From Candidatus Thalassarchaeaceae archaeon (GTDB lineage Archaea > Thermoplasmatota > Poseidoniia > Poseidoniales > Thalassarchaeaceae), in assembly GCA_030747395.1 (NCBI GenBank), contig JASLKT010000001.1, positions 4,661 to 68,660 on the forward strand: a stretch of 64,000 nt of DNA, in the 5' to 3' direction. Within the stretch, counting starts at the first letter, position 1. Every line of letters starts with the position of its first letter. Under the pieces are notes generated by a model. It made no database searches. It saw only the letters and a list, made by a program, of their open reading frames with translations, and was not told the origin of the DNA. Positions 38,960-48,135 of the stretch are shown here, piece by piece. A program made the position numbers and the translations under genes.

Positions 38960-40333
38960 TCACGCAATCGGGTCAATGCCTTCTTCGCCACTAGGTGAAA
39001 TCAGAATATTTTGAAAATCCATTTTCCCTTCTTCATCAATGATTTTGAGAATCTCTCCAATCAGATAGATGCTGCCTATGCACAGGATGGGTTGAGGGAG
39101 GTCACTGTCTAGTTCGACGGCTTGATTCTTAGCAGAAGATAGGGCGGAATCAATGGATTTGATGGCGGTAATCTGAGCATCTGTTCCTTGTGCTCTGAGT
39201 TCACTTGCGAGGACTTCACAATCTACAGCAACCTTCCTTCCATCGGGTGGCTGTGTGACAAAAACATGGCTAATTTTTGCTTCGACGATGAGTTCCACAA
39301 GGGGTTGAAGGAAGATGGCCAAATCTTTCTGAGTGGTCGTTCCTATCACAATGACGCCTGGAGTGGGGGCCATATCTCTAGATTTGAGGAAGCGAATTTG
39401 ATCACAAGATCGAGTCATCCCACTTGGATTGTGGGCACAATCTAGTAGCATTGGAGCCCCGAAATCAATCCACTGCATTCGCCCAGGCCAATTTGTGTGT
39501 GTTCGAGCCCTTTCGATTTCTTTGTAGGCCTTTTTTTCCCCCATGATATACAAGGCCATACTCGCCAGTTGGTATGCCTCCTGTTGGTAAGGCATCCATC
39601 CATCATACCATGTCTTGCTGGATAGGGGTCGAAATGGCTTTACAGCATTTGAAAATTTGAAAGCGCGCCTTCGATCCCCTCTCCACCACCAAGCAGTATC
39701 ATGATCTTTGACAGTGCGTTCAATTGTCTTACGCACTGAGTTATCGTAAGGCCAAGCAGCTAGAAGGGGACGACCTTGGCGTACAATTGCAGCCTTCTCC
39801 TCAGCGATTTCCGCGAGTGTTTCGCCGAGTACCTCTGTGTGTTCCAAAGAAATTTCCGTTAAGATACAGCAATCAGCATCGACCAAACGTGTCGCATCCC
39901 ACCGACCACCCAATCCAGTCTCAACAACGGCCCTCTCAACACCCTGATCCCGGAACGCCAACATGGCCACTAGGAACGTGGCCTCATAGAAAGTCGGAGA
40001 AACTCGTGGTTCAATCTTGCACACCTCTTGAATCTGCTTTAGGCAGTCCTCAAACAGCACATCAGAAATAGGTGAACCGTCGATTCGAATGCGCTCATTT
40101 ACGGACATCAAATGTGGCGAAGTAAACAGACCCGTACACTTGCCGGAAAGTGTGAATGCATTGGCGAGAATTGCACAACAAGTTCCCTTTCCATTGCTGC
40201 CTGCAACATGCACAGCAGGAAAGGAATGCTGGGGCATGTCAAGCCGCCCGAGTAGAGTTGCTGTGTTGTCTAGAGAAGGGTTGTATCCAAACGCTTTGAG
40301 CGAATCCAACCACGACCAAACATCATCGTCCAT
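38960..40333 (-). CDS. folC: folylpolyglutamate synthase / dihydrofolate synthase (Mur-ligase family)
   Basis: VAGSNGKGT P-loop, Mur ligase central and C-terminal domains. Start trimmed to MDDDVWSWL (ATG 40331-40333). The upstream 82 in-frame codons carry no family similarity. Confidence 0.75.
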   Translation of the reverse strand: MDDDVWSWLDSLKAFGYNPSLDNTATLLGRLDMPQHSFPAVHVAGSNGKGTCCAILANAFTLSGKCTGLFTSPHLMSVNERIRIDGSPISDVLFEDCLKQIQEVCKIEPRVSPTFYEATFLVAMLAFRDQGVERAVVETGLGGRWDATRLVDADCCILTEISLEHTEVLGETLAEIAEEKAAIVRQGRPLLAAWPYDNSVRKTIERTVKDHDTAWWWRGDRRRAFKFSNAVKPFRPLSSKTWYDGWMPYQQEAYQLASMALYIMGEKKAYKEIERARTHTNWPGRMQWIDFGAPMLLDCAHNPSGMTRSCDQIRFLKSRDMAPTPGVIVIGTTTQKDLAIFLQPLVELIVEAKISHVFVTQPPDGRKVAVDCEVLASELRAQGTDAQITAIKSIDSALSSAKNQAVELDSDLPQPILCIGSIYLIGEILKIIDEEGKMDFQNILISPSGEEGIDPIA

Positions 40334-40507
40334 ACGCCCACCCCGTACTTCCGGTGAACGGTCGCCTTGAAATGGCCTTTGAGGGTCGCCCGAGACATGT
40401 CGGGAGATGGTTTCGCCGCAAAGCGGCGTTCTGAGGAGGGGGCAAATGCTTCCCCTGAACGAAAACCCCGGTCCATATTGGAGGAATTGAAAGGTCAAGC
40501 CGGATCG

Positions 40508-42550
40508 ATGGCAGGAATGGCAGGGATGTTCATCATCACGATTCTGTTGGCGATGAAAATTCAACCGTTCTATGACCACGATGAATTGCGAGCCTTTGGT
40601 GCAGAAGGAGCAACCAAAGCAGGATTTATTCTGTTGGAACTTGTCTTTATTTTCATCTTCACCGCCCTCATTATCTATCTCGCCAGAAAGAATCTGCAGA
40701 AGTTCATTCGCTGGGGCGTTCTTGGGGTTCTTTGGATTGCGATGCTTTACGCTCTTTTCCCATTGGTTGCCATGGTGCTTGTTCCTGAGGCCCCACCTTT
40801 CACTGAAGATTCATTGGATACCTCAGAGGCCTACATCGTCGCTGTGGAAGAGGGTGGAGCAGATTTCTTCTATGTTGATGATCCCTATTCAGGGAATGGA
40901 ACGCTCAGGTATGTCGGCAATGCAGGTGAAATCGAGTATTGGAATCATACCGTATTACCTGAATCTGGAATTGAATCGTCGACACCAGGAACAGTCCAAA
41001 TTTCAAGGACGGCAGATGGAATCATCTTGTGTGAAGGCACTCAATGGGTTCTACTCGATGCTGAGGATGGTACTCAAAGGGATGACCACGGGAGAGATTG
41101 TGACCTTGGATTGAGATATGAATGGACTGCAAGTAGTGAACAGGATGAGGCTTGTGATGGCCCGGATTCTGGTGAAGTGATCGATGGAATTGAAATCGCA
41201 CACCAAGATTGGCTGATTCAAGACAGCAGATTAGAGGCAATACCAGTGCACAATGATGGTGATATTCAAGGTGGAATTTATGATTGCTCAGAATGGAGGA
41301 GGAATTTCCCCGCACCATTCAATGGGAATAGTATTCTTTTTGTCCGCGACATTGGTACTGAGCATTTCCTTATTGTTTCTCAACAATGGGCTGGAATGGT
41401 AGAGTATCCTACTGAATCCTCCGGGCAGACACCAGAAAACGCCCAAATTACAACCACTTGGGATCTATCACTCTCCGGTGGAGAAGTGTTCACCGGTGCT
41501 ACGTTTGGAGCCGCACCTGGGGTGAATTCCAGTGGACTGGATTCCTTGGTGCTCAGTACATCCGCAGGTCACATTACCGGTTGGGAAATCGGTGAAGATG
41601 GAACAGTCGATGAGGGTATTTCCATGGATCTTTCAGAGACGATTCGTGGTGTCTTACTCGCAGATTGTTGTTCGGGTGGTAGCAACGATCTCTGGGTGAT
41701 TGAAGGAGACCATGTTCGCATATTCATGGGTGGCAATTTGGTAGAAATGCCGCGTAGCCTTGACATTGGAGGGGATGATTCACGAATTCCAATGGCTCTA
41801 CACAATATGGACAACAATGAAACTACATTGGATGATGGAATTCTCTTAATCGAACAAGATGGCGCGTGGTCTTCAATGCGTTATACCGCGCATATCTATG
41901 ATTACACCATGACGACCTATGTGGCTCTCTTTTTCGCAATCGCTCTACTCGTTGTACTAATTGTTCAGCCTCAGTGGTATGTCATCAATACGGTTGGAAT
42001 TCTTGTTGGAGCGGGCACCATTACGATGCTCGGTGTGTCATTTGTTCCATGGATCATCATTCTCTTCATGGTGCTTGCAGCAGCATACGATGCTTGGGCG
42101 GTGTACAAGAGTAAACATATGCTTGAATTGGCAGATACGATGGTCAACCTAGAATTACCAGTCATGTTAGTCGCTCCACAAAAGCCGAGACATGGACGGG
42201 TTCAAATGGTGCGTCCTGAAGATGGAGCACCTCCACCAAAAAGAAACTTTGACGAAACCATGTTGATGGGTCTTGGAGATGTGATTTTCCCTGGATTGCT
42301 TTGCATCTCTGCGATGACTTGGTTGCCTGATGTTTCAGGACCTATGGGCTTCTCTGCACCCATTTGGGTTGCGATTGGAACGATGATTGGCAGCTTGGTT
42401 GGATATTGTGTATTGATGACTTACGTAGCCCGTGGCAGACCTCAGGCTGGCCTTCCATTACTCAATGGTGGAGCCATTCTTGGATATTTTATCTCCGCAG
42501 CCATCTTCATCGGTAGTTCTGCCTTTGTTTTCGATGTCAGCCTATTCTGA
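40508..42550 (+). CDS. presenilin/signal-peptide-peptidase-like intramembrane aspartyl protease (A22/DUF1119-type) fused to a large N-terminal extracytoplasmic domain
   Basis: C-terminal ~200 aa: LAAAYDAWAVYKSKHMLELA (YD) and MLMGLGDVIFPGLL (GxGD) in TM helices, plus a PAL-like region. Preceded by ~430 aa of soluble Asp/Gly/Trp-rich domain and N-terminal TMs. Start uncertain (ORF opens at 40367, MAGMAGMF at 40508). Confidence 0.55.
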   Translation: MAGMAGMFIITILLAMKIQPFYDHDELRAFGAEGATKAGFILLELVFIFIFTALIIYLARKNLQKFIRWGVLGVLWIAMLYALFPLVAMVLVPEAPPFTEDSLDTSEAYIVAVEEGGADFFYVDDPYSGNGTLRYVGNAGEIEYWNHTVLPESGIESSTPGTVQISRTADGIILCEGTQWVLLDAEDGTQRDDHGRDCDLGLRYEWTASSEQDEACDGPDSGEVIDGIEIAHQDWLIQDSRLEAIPVHNDGDIQGGIYDCSEWRRNFPAPFNGNSILFVRDIGTEHFLIVSQQWAGMVEYPTESSGQTPENAQITTTWDLSLSGGEVFTGATFGAAPGVNSSGLDSLVLSTSAGHITGWEIGEDGTVDEGISMDLSETIRGVLLADCCSGGSNDLWVIEGDHVRIFMGGNLVEMPRSLDIGGDDSRIPMALHNMDNNETTLDDGILLIEQDGAWSSMRYTAHIYDYTMTTYVALFFAIALLVVLIVQPQWYVINTVGILVGAGTITMLGVSFVPWIIILFMVLAAAYDAWAVYKSKHMLELADTMVNLELPVMLVAPQKPRHGRVQMVRPEDGAPPPKRNFDETMLMGLGDVIFPGLLCISAMTWLPDVSGPMGFSAPIWVAIGTMIGSLVGYCVLMTYVARGRPQAGLPLLNGGAILGYFISAAIFIGSSAFVFDVSLF

Positions 42551-42573
42551 TGTTCCGTCGCTTTCAAGCATGA

Positions 42574-42594
42574 AGGGCGGTTCCGTAGGAACCG
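42574..42594. other. hairpin CGGTTCC-GTA-GGAACCG just upstream of serS start
   Basis: 7-bp perfect inverted repeat read from the sequence, 10-30 nt before ATG 42605. Confidence 0.25.
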
Positions 42595-42604
42595 GTGGAA
42601 GCCC

Positions 42605-43888
42605 ATGCTGGATATTCGGATGTTCCGTGACCATGCAGATGTGATTCGTGCAGATCACGACAAGCGGGGCCTTCAGCACGATGCAATCGATGAGGTCATT
42701 CGATTGGATGAGGCATGGAGAAAGGCTCGATTTGATGCTGACCAACTCCGTCGTCAGCGCAATGAGGCTGCCCGTGGAATTGCTGCGGCCAAGAAGGCTG
42801 GAGATGATGCTGAATTCCAGAAGATCAAATCAGAAGTAGACACCATTGCTGCTGAAATTGAAAATCTAGGAGATGTTGCAGATGCTCACGAAGCCGAGCG
42901 TGATCGAATTCGCATGTCCATTCCAAACATCCTTCACACCGATGTTCCAATCGGTGATGATGAAGGCGGTAACACGCAGCACAGTCTGCATGGAGAAAAA
43001 CCAACCTTCGATTTTGATGCCAAGACTCACAATGACCTCATTGAAATGAATCGATGGGTGGATTTACCTCGGGCCGCAAAGATTGCTGGCAGCCGATTCT
43101 ACTTCCTCAAGGGTGATTTGGCACATCTGGAATTAGCACTCCAACAATATGCAGTGGATTTCATTTCAGAACGAGGCTACACCTTTGTTCAGCCACCGGT
43201 CATGATGAACCGTGAAGCCTACGAAGGAGTCACTGATTTGGCTGATTTTGAATCTGTGATGTACAATATTCAGCCTGACGGGTTCTACACCATTGCAACC
43301 AGTGAACATCCGTTGACTGCGATGTTCATGGATGAGGTATTGGAGCCAAGTTTGCTGCCCATTCGGATTGTAGGTGTGTCTCCTTGCTTCCGTCGAGAGG
43401 TGGGGGCCCACGGTCAGGGTGACAAAGGAATCTGGCGTGTTCACCAATTTACCAAGGTAGAACAAATTATCATTACACACCCTGATGATTCTTGGAATCA
43501 TCACGAGGAATTACTCACCAATTGTGTAGATCTCTGGGATAGCCTTGGCTTGCACTATGAAGTTGTCAATATCTGTACGGGTGACATGGGAACTGTGGCC
43601 GCCAAGAAGTATGATCTTGAAGCTTGGTTGCCCGGTCGTGGCGAATACAAAGAAATCGTCTCGTGTTCCAATTGCACTGACTATCAAGCCAATCGTTTGC
43701 GAATGCGATATCGGACCACTGAAGGCAATGCAGCGGTCCACACACTCAATTCAACAGCGGTCGCCACCAGTCGTGCTCTCGTCGCCATTATGGAACAAAA
43801 TCAACTCGAAGATGGACGAGTTCGAGTACCGGACTGTTTGATCTCTAGAATGGGTGGAAAGACGCATCTAGAGCCCTGTGAGTGGTGA
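42605..43888 (+). CDS. serS: seryl-tRNA synthetase
   Basis: N-terminal coiled-coil arm (MLDIRMFRD...), class II motifs (FRRE...G motif 2, GLHYEVVNICTGDMG...EAWLPG). 427 aa. Confidence 0.9.
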   Translation: MLDIRMFRDHADVIRADHDKRGLQHDAIDEVIRLDEAWRKARFDADQLRRQRNEAARGIAAAKKAGDDAEFQKIKSEVDTIAAEIENLGDVADAHEAERDRIRMSIPNILHTDVPIGDDEGGNTQHSLHGEKPTFDFDAKTHNDLIEMNRWVDLPRAAKIAGSRFYFLKGDLAHLELALQQYAVDFISERGYTFVQPPVMMNREAYEGVTDLADFESVMYNIQPDGFYTIATSEHPLTAMFMDEVLEPSLLPIRIVGVSPCFRREVGAHGQGDKGIWRVHQFTKVEQIIITHPDDSWNHHEELLTNCVDLWDSLGLHYEVVNICTGDMGTVAAKKYDLEAWLPGRGEYKEIVSCSNCTDYQANRLRMRYRTTEGNAAVHTLNSTAVATSRALVAIMEQNQLEDGRVRVPDCLISRMGGKTHLEPCEW

Positions 43889-45203
43889 TGGCATGCGTGC
43901 CATCATGTTGACATTGCTCATTTTCCTTGCTTCATTCAGTGGTTGCTTTGGTGAACCTCCTGAGGATGTTCAAGCCAAATTATCCATTGATCCCATTGAG
44001 CAAGCTATTCGAGGACAGGTGATGTCTATTCATGTTGAATCGAATATTGAATGGACTGTGAATCGTTCTGCGGGACTCTTCTTTATCGATGATGATGGTG
44101 TGTTTAGAGATGATTTGGAAAGGACCTTTGCATCGGATGTTGAAGATTTTGAAATCCTAGTCCTCGATAGCGAACGAGCCGATGTCGAACTCATCATTAC
44201 GGCCGGGGATGAATCTGAGAACATCACCATGCAACTCGTCGATAGCGATGAAATGATGCTCGTAGATGGCCGAAGAGCCTTCGACACCATCGATATGCTC
44301 ACCACTGATTGGAACAACCGTTGGTGTGCTTCAGCAGACCTTACTGGAGGTGGTGCGACTTACGAAGCCGCAGCAGAAGCCATGAAAGTCATCTGGGATG
44401 ATTACGGCTTTGATCTTGTTGAAGTCACCCGATATGATGATGATCCCAATCAAATCAATGTTGTAGGATACAAATATGGGAATGTGTATCCAGACCAATA
44501 CATCATTCTCGGAGGTCATTTCGACGTCGGATATGCCTTCACCCCACCCGGTGGGGGAACCACTGAAGGCGCCAATGATGATACGAGTGGATCGACGGTT
44601 TCAATGGAAGTGGCACAGGCCATCGCATCAAGAGAATGGGACCACACTGTAGTCGCTGCACTATGGGCCTGTGAGGAAGAAGGGCTGCTGGGGAGTGCTG
44701 CATTCGTAGACCATCTCCCTGAAGACAAGGCGGTCAAAGCTTACTTGAATTTCGATATGGTTTCTCTGAATTATCCAATCATACCTCCTCCAGGATATGG
44801 TCCATATGATCTCTCAATCGCAACAGCGGGTGCGCATGATGAAAATCTCTCTGTCATGCTAGAATGGGTTCGCTTGGTCGTTGAGGATGAAATGAACTTC
44901 CACGATGTGGCATCAAATGATATCTATTGGCAGGCGGCCGAATCGTGTGCTAGTGATCATTGTTCATTCTTCACTTCAGGATATGCTACATTCAACTTCT
45001 TCAGTGCTGGAGGTGATGCTTCATTCTGGCAAGAATGGCACAGTCCGACAGACACACTGGATTTCATGGTGGGCAAAGCTGGTGGTGAGGATGAATTGGG
45101 TGATGGATTCAACACCCTTGTTTGGACTGCATTTTGTCTGTTCGTCCATGTTGACAATACCGATGATTCATTCCAAGGTCGTTGGTATACAGGCGAGGAA
45201 TAG
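43878..45203 (+). CDS. M28-family secreted aminopeptidase (possible lipoprotein)
   Basis: Signal peptide with Cys (FLASFSGCFG). Zn ligands GGHFDV...NDDTSG...CEEEGLLGS...H pattern of M28. 441 aa. Confidence 0.75.
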   Translation: MSGDGMRAIMLTLLIFLASFSGCFGEPPEDVQAKLSIDPIEQAIRGQVMSIHVESNIEWTVNRSAGLFFIDDDGVFRDDLERTFASDVEDFEILVLDSERADVELIITAGDESENITMQLVDSDEMMLVDGRRAFDTIDMLTTDWNNRWCASADLTGGGATYEAAAEAMKVIWDDYGFDLVEVTRYDDDPNQINVVGYKYGNVYPDQYIILGGHFDVGYAFTPPGGGTTEGANDDTSGSTVSMEVAQAIASREWDHTVVAALWACEEEGLLGSAAFVDHLPEDKAVKAYLNFDMVSLNYPIIPPPGYGPYDLSIATAGAHDENLSVMLEWVRLVVEDEMNFHDVASNDIYWQAAESCASDHCSFFTSGYATFNFFSAGGDASFWQEWHSPTDTLDFMVGKAGGEDELGDGFNTLVWTAFCLFVHVDNTDDSFQGRWYTGEE

Positions 45204-45236
45204 TTTTCCAATTGGAAAAATGAATTTTCAATTGAA
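45204..45236. repeat. tandem CAATTG-palindrome element: TTTTCCAATTGGAAAA (perfect 16-bp palindrome) + TTTTCAATTGAA, centres 20 bp apart
   Basis: Read from sequence. Fills the 33-bp gap between convergent M28 peptidase and BCCP genes. Confidence 0.6.
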
Positions 45237-45713
45237 TTATTCTGAATCTTCGATGTCGATTAATGTCGCACCCGCATCCACTTGTTCACCGACTTCATGG
45301 TGAATGGCCACAATCTCACCCGGGCCATTGGCTGCAATTCGATGTTCCATCTTCATCGCTTCCATGACAATGAGTGTTTGTCCCTGTTCTACTTGATCCC
45401 CGATGCTACAGAGAATTTCGAGAATCTTACCAGGCATTGGTGCAGTCATCCCACCATCATCGCCCGAACCGCTCGCCCCCTGTTCATCGATGGAAATGAC
45501 ATGGATACATCCGTCAAGGTGTACCCACCAGTCGTCACCGACCTTGACAACATGTGCCAATTGGCCATCGACCCACATTCGATTGGGTCGTGCATCAATT
45601 TCGAAAGTGTGTTCGTTTGGGACGCTCTCGTCATCACAAATCGCTTCGGCTGAACCAATGGTGATTTGCCAGCGACGGCCCTGATTATCTCTTAAATCGA
45701 CCATGGCAATCAC
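45237..45713 (-). CDS. biotin carboxyl carrier protein (biotinyl domain)
   Basis: EAMKMEH biotin-attachment motif (AMKM). 158 aa. 2 bp downstream of the biotin carboxylase gene. Confidence 0.75.
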   Translation of the reverse strand: MIAMVDLRDNQGRRWQITIGSAEAICDDESVPNEHTFEIDARPNRMWVDGQLAHVVKVGDDWWVHLDGCIHVISIDEQGASGSGDDGGMTAPMPGKILEILCSIGDQVEQGQTLIVMEAMKMEHRIAANGPGEIVAIHHEVGEQVDAGATLIDIEDSE

Positions 45714-45715
45714 CC

Positions 45716-47257
45716 TCAGGGGAAGGACCTCCGTAGAGACAAGAACGGGTTGTAGGGACTGCCTCGTCCCTCTTCTGATTCAACTGTCATTGCTTTCCTA
45801 GAAAGTCCGTAGTGTTCAGCTGCAGCAGCCACAAACGGCACTACATCAGATGATTTTGAATCCCATCCTTCGGGCCAATTGACATCGATAAAATCAGTTG
45901 TAGTCTCCCCTGCATGGTATGCCGGATGTGACATAATATCACAAAGGAAGCCAAGATTTGTAGTGACGCCAAGCAACACGAAATCTTCGCAGGCTCGCTT
46001 CATTCTTCGAATCGCAGCTTCACGTTCAGGTGCATGCACAATCAATTTGGCGAGCATCGGATCAAAGTCGATGCTGGCCTCGTCACCTTCACGAACACCC
46101 GTATCCAATCGAATTCCAGGACCAGTGGGGGGACGAAACATCGCCAATGGTCCAATGGCTGGAAGGAAACTGTTTGCTGGATCTTCTGCGTAGATGCGGA
46201 CCTCGATTGCATGGCCTCTGATAGAAAGGTCGGACTGGGAAAACGGAAGTGGCAAACCTGCGGCGACTCGAATTTGTTCAACAACCAAATCGACACCACT
46301 GATGCATTCTGTAATTGGATGCTCGACCTGTAGCCGAGTGTTCATTTCAAGGAAGTGAAAATCGCCATCTTCTGCGAGTAAGAACTCGACGGTGCCAGCA
46401 CCTTCGTAATCAACTGCTTTGGCTGCATTCACTGCAGCTTCACCCATGCGTTGACGGGTTGCCTCTTCCAGTACAGGCGAGGGAGATTCTTCGACAACTT
46501 TCTGATGTCTGCGTTGAATACTACACTCCCGTTCAAACAGATGAACGGCATTCCCCTGTGCATCGGATAGTACCTGAACTTCGATGTGCCGGGATTTCTC
46601 AAGAAGGCGTTCAACATAGACTGTTCCATCACCGAATGATGTTACGGCTTCACGACTTGCAGCTGCATATTCTCGCTGTAGATTTCGAGGTTCGCGAACC
46701 ACCCGCATTCCTTTACCACCGCCACCAGCACTTGCCTTCAGTAGCAATGGGTAACCCACGCGTGTGGCGGCGCGTACAAGTTCGTCCACCATTTCATCGG
46801 GATTCTCTAGTGGTAATTCTTCACCCGGAATGACTGGCACACCTGCTGCCACCATGGCCCTTCGAGCACTGATTTTATCCCCCATCTCATCAATCGCATG
46901 AGCGGAAGGGCCAATCCAAACAAGACCTGCTGCTTTGACCTCATTGGCAAACGAACTACGTTCAGATAGAAATCCATATCCTGGATGTATTGCATCCGCG
47001 CCGGTCTCTTTTGCCGCAGCCAGAATTGCCTCGATATTGAGATATGTTTCTGCCAGATTATCCCCTGGAAGAAACACGGATTCATCTGCTGTTTGCTGAT
47101 GTAAAGAGCCGCGATCTGCTTCAGAATAAATAGCGACAGAACCCAAACCTAATTCTGCACAAGAGCGAAAGATTCGACACGCAATTTCACCGCGGTTTGC
47201 GACCAATATTTTGGAGATAGGGCGTGGTGCACCCTCCATCCAATCTGGTCCACCCAT
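45716..47257 (-). CDS. biotin carboxylase (acyl-CoA carboxylase alpha, BC domain)
   Basis: ILVANRGEIA N-terminus, ATP-grasp motifs. Start set at MGGPDWMEG (ATG 47257), preceded by GAGGAGTGA Shine-Dalgarno that overlaps the hydratase stop. Confidence 0.85.
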   Translation of the reverse strand: MGGPDWMEGAPRPISKILVANRGEIACRIFRSCAELGLGSVAIYSEADRGSLHQQTADESVFLPGDNLAETYLNIEAILAAAKETGADAIHPGYGFLSERSSFANEVKAAGLVWIGPSAHAIDEMGDKISARRAMVAAGVPVIPGEELPLENPDEMVDELVRAATRVGYPLLLKASAGGGGKGMRVVREPRNLQREYAAASREAVTSFGDGTVYVERLLEKSRHIEVQVLSDAQGNAVHLFERECSIQRRHQKVVEESPSPVLEEATRQRMGEAAVNAAKAVDYEGAGTVEFLLAEDGDFHFLEMNTRLQVEHPITECISGVDLVVEQIRVAAGLPLPFSQSDLSIRGHAIEVRIYAEDPANSFLPAIGPLAMFRPPTGPGIRLDTGVREGDEASIDFDPMLAKLIVHAPEREAAIRRMKRACEDFVLLGVTTNLGFLCDIMSHPAYHAGETTTDFIDVNWPEGWDSKSSDVVPFVAAAAEHYGLSRKAMTVESEEGRGSPYNPFLSLRRSFP

Positions 47258-47264
47258 GTGGATT

Positions 47265-48122
47265 TCACTCCTCTTTCCAATTGGGTGGGCGCTTTTCAAG
47301 GAATGAGGCCAAGCCTTCCTGCCCCTCATCTGAGCCTCTCATCTCACTGGTTTTGTCAAGTGTCCATTGCCTCAATTCTTCATCAGTTCCATCCCAGCGA
47401 TCAAAAGTTAATACCAGTTTTTTAGATTCTGAAACGGCCATTGGTCCTGTCGTCAAGACCTCGTTAATGATTGTCGATTCTGCATCCTCTAGTGATTCTG
47501 ATAATTGATTCACCAACCCAATTCGAAGTGATTCTTCGGCGCCAATTCTTCCAGCCATCATAGACAGTCGTCGGAATTCTGCGCTACCCACCTTTCGATA
47601 TACGTAAGGGCCAATGACAGCAGGTAAGATTCCTAATTTCCCTTCAGAAAGGGCGATTCGTGCTCCCGGCTCAACGATGACGTGGTCCAGACAAGCGATG
47701 AGGCCAGCTCCACCTCCTAGGGCAACACCTTGGATTTTTCCAATGGTAAAACAAGGATGTGACCAGAGACTGTTGAACAAGCGATCAAGCCTTTCAGAAT
47801 CGGCTCTGTTTTCTTCTGGACTTTTGGCTCCTGCATCCCTCATCATATTGATGTCGGCCCCTGCACAGAAGTGCTTGCCTGCTCCAGAAAACACGATTAC
47901 ACGCAGAAAGGGTGAACCGGATGAATCGTGCAAAGATCCTCGTTCACCGACCGAACGGTCTCGAGTCCAATCAAGAATTGAGATAATCTCGCTGATGAGT
48001 TGGATATTCAGCGCATTATACACATCTTCACGTGTCAGGGTCACATGGGCGACCGCTCCGTCTATTTCAAGCGCACAAAGGCTTGTTTCTGGCTTTAAAT
48101 TTTCAATTGCAAAATTAGACAT
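47265..48122 (-). CDS. enoyl-CoA hydratase/isomerase family (methylglutaconyl-CoA hydratase-like)
   Basis: Crotonase fold, VIVFSGAGKHFCAGADI oxyanion-hole segment. 285 aa. Confidence 0.8.
   Translation of the reverse strand: MSNFAIENLKPETSLCALEIDGAVAHVTLTREDVYNALNIQLISEIISILDWTRDRSVGERGSLHDSSGSPFLRVIVFSGAGKHFCAGADINMMRDAGAKSPEENRADSERLDRLFNSLWSHPCFTIGKIQGVALGGGAGLIACLDHVIVEPGARIALSEGKLGILPAVIGPYVYRKVGSAEFRRLSMMAGRIGAEESLRIGLVNQLSESLEDAESTIINEVLTTGPMAVSESKKLVLTFDRWDGTDEELRQWTLDKTSEMRGSDEGQEGLASFLEKRPPNWKEE
47274..47305. repeat. CAATTG-palindrome element (CTTTCCAATTGGGTGG + degenerate TTTTCAAGGAA 20 bp away) at the hydratase/BC junction
   Basis: Read from sequence. First half-site is strong, second is degenerate. 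Overlaps the last codons of the hydratase gene. Confidence 0.4.
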
Positions 48123-48134
48123 TTCAATTGCTCC
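48101..48134. repeat. tandem CAATTG-palindrome element (TTTTCAATTGCAAAAT + ATTTCAATTGC, centres 21 bp apart) spanning hydratase start codon and carboxyltransferase stop
   Basis: Read from sequence. The hydratase N-terminus MSNFAIENLK is encoded by one copy. Confidence 0.5.
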
Positions 48135-48135
48135 T

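Noticed and set aside
40334-40579. 82-codon in-frame N-terminal extension of folC (ORF called from 40579)
   Set aside because: The extension is Cys/His/Arg-rich with no Mur-ligase similarity. The family-typical N-terminus begins at MDDDVWSWL (40333). The long ORF would also overlap the divergent presenilin-like gene's promoter. Treated as an ORF-caller artefact.
44905-45303. ORF 44905..45303 (+) spanning the M28 peptidase 3' end and the palindrome element
   Set aside because: Out of frame inside a well-supported peptidase CDS and runs through the intergenic palindrome. Spurious.
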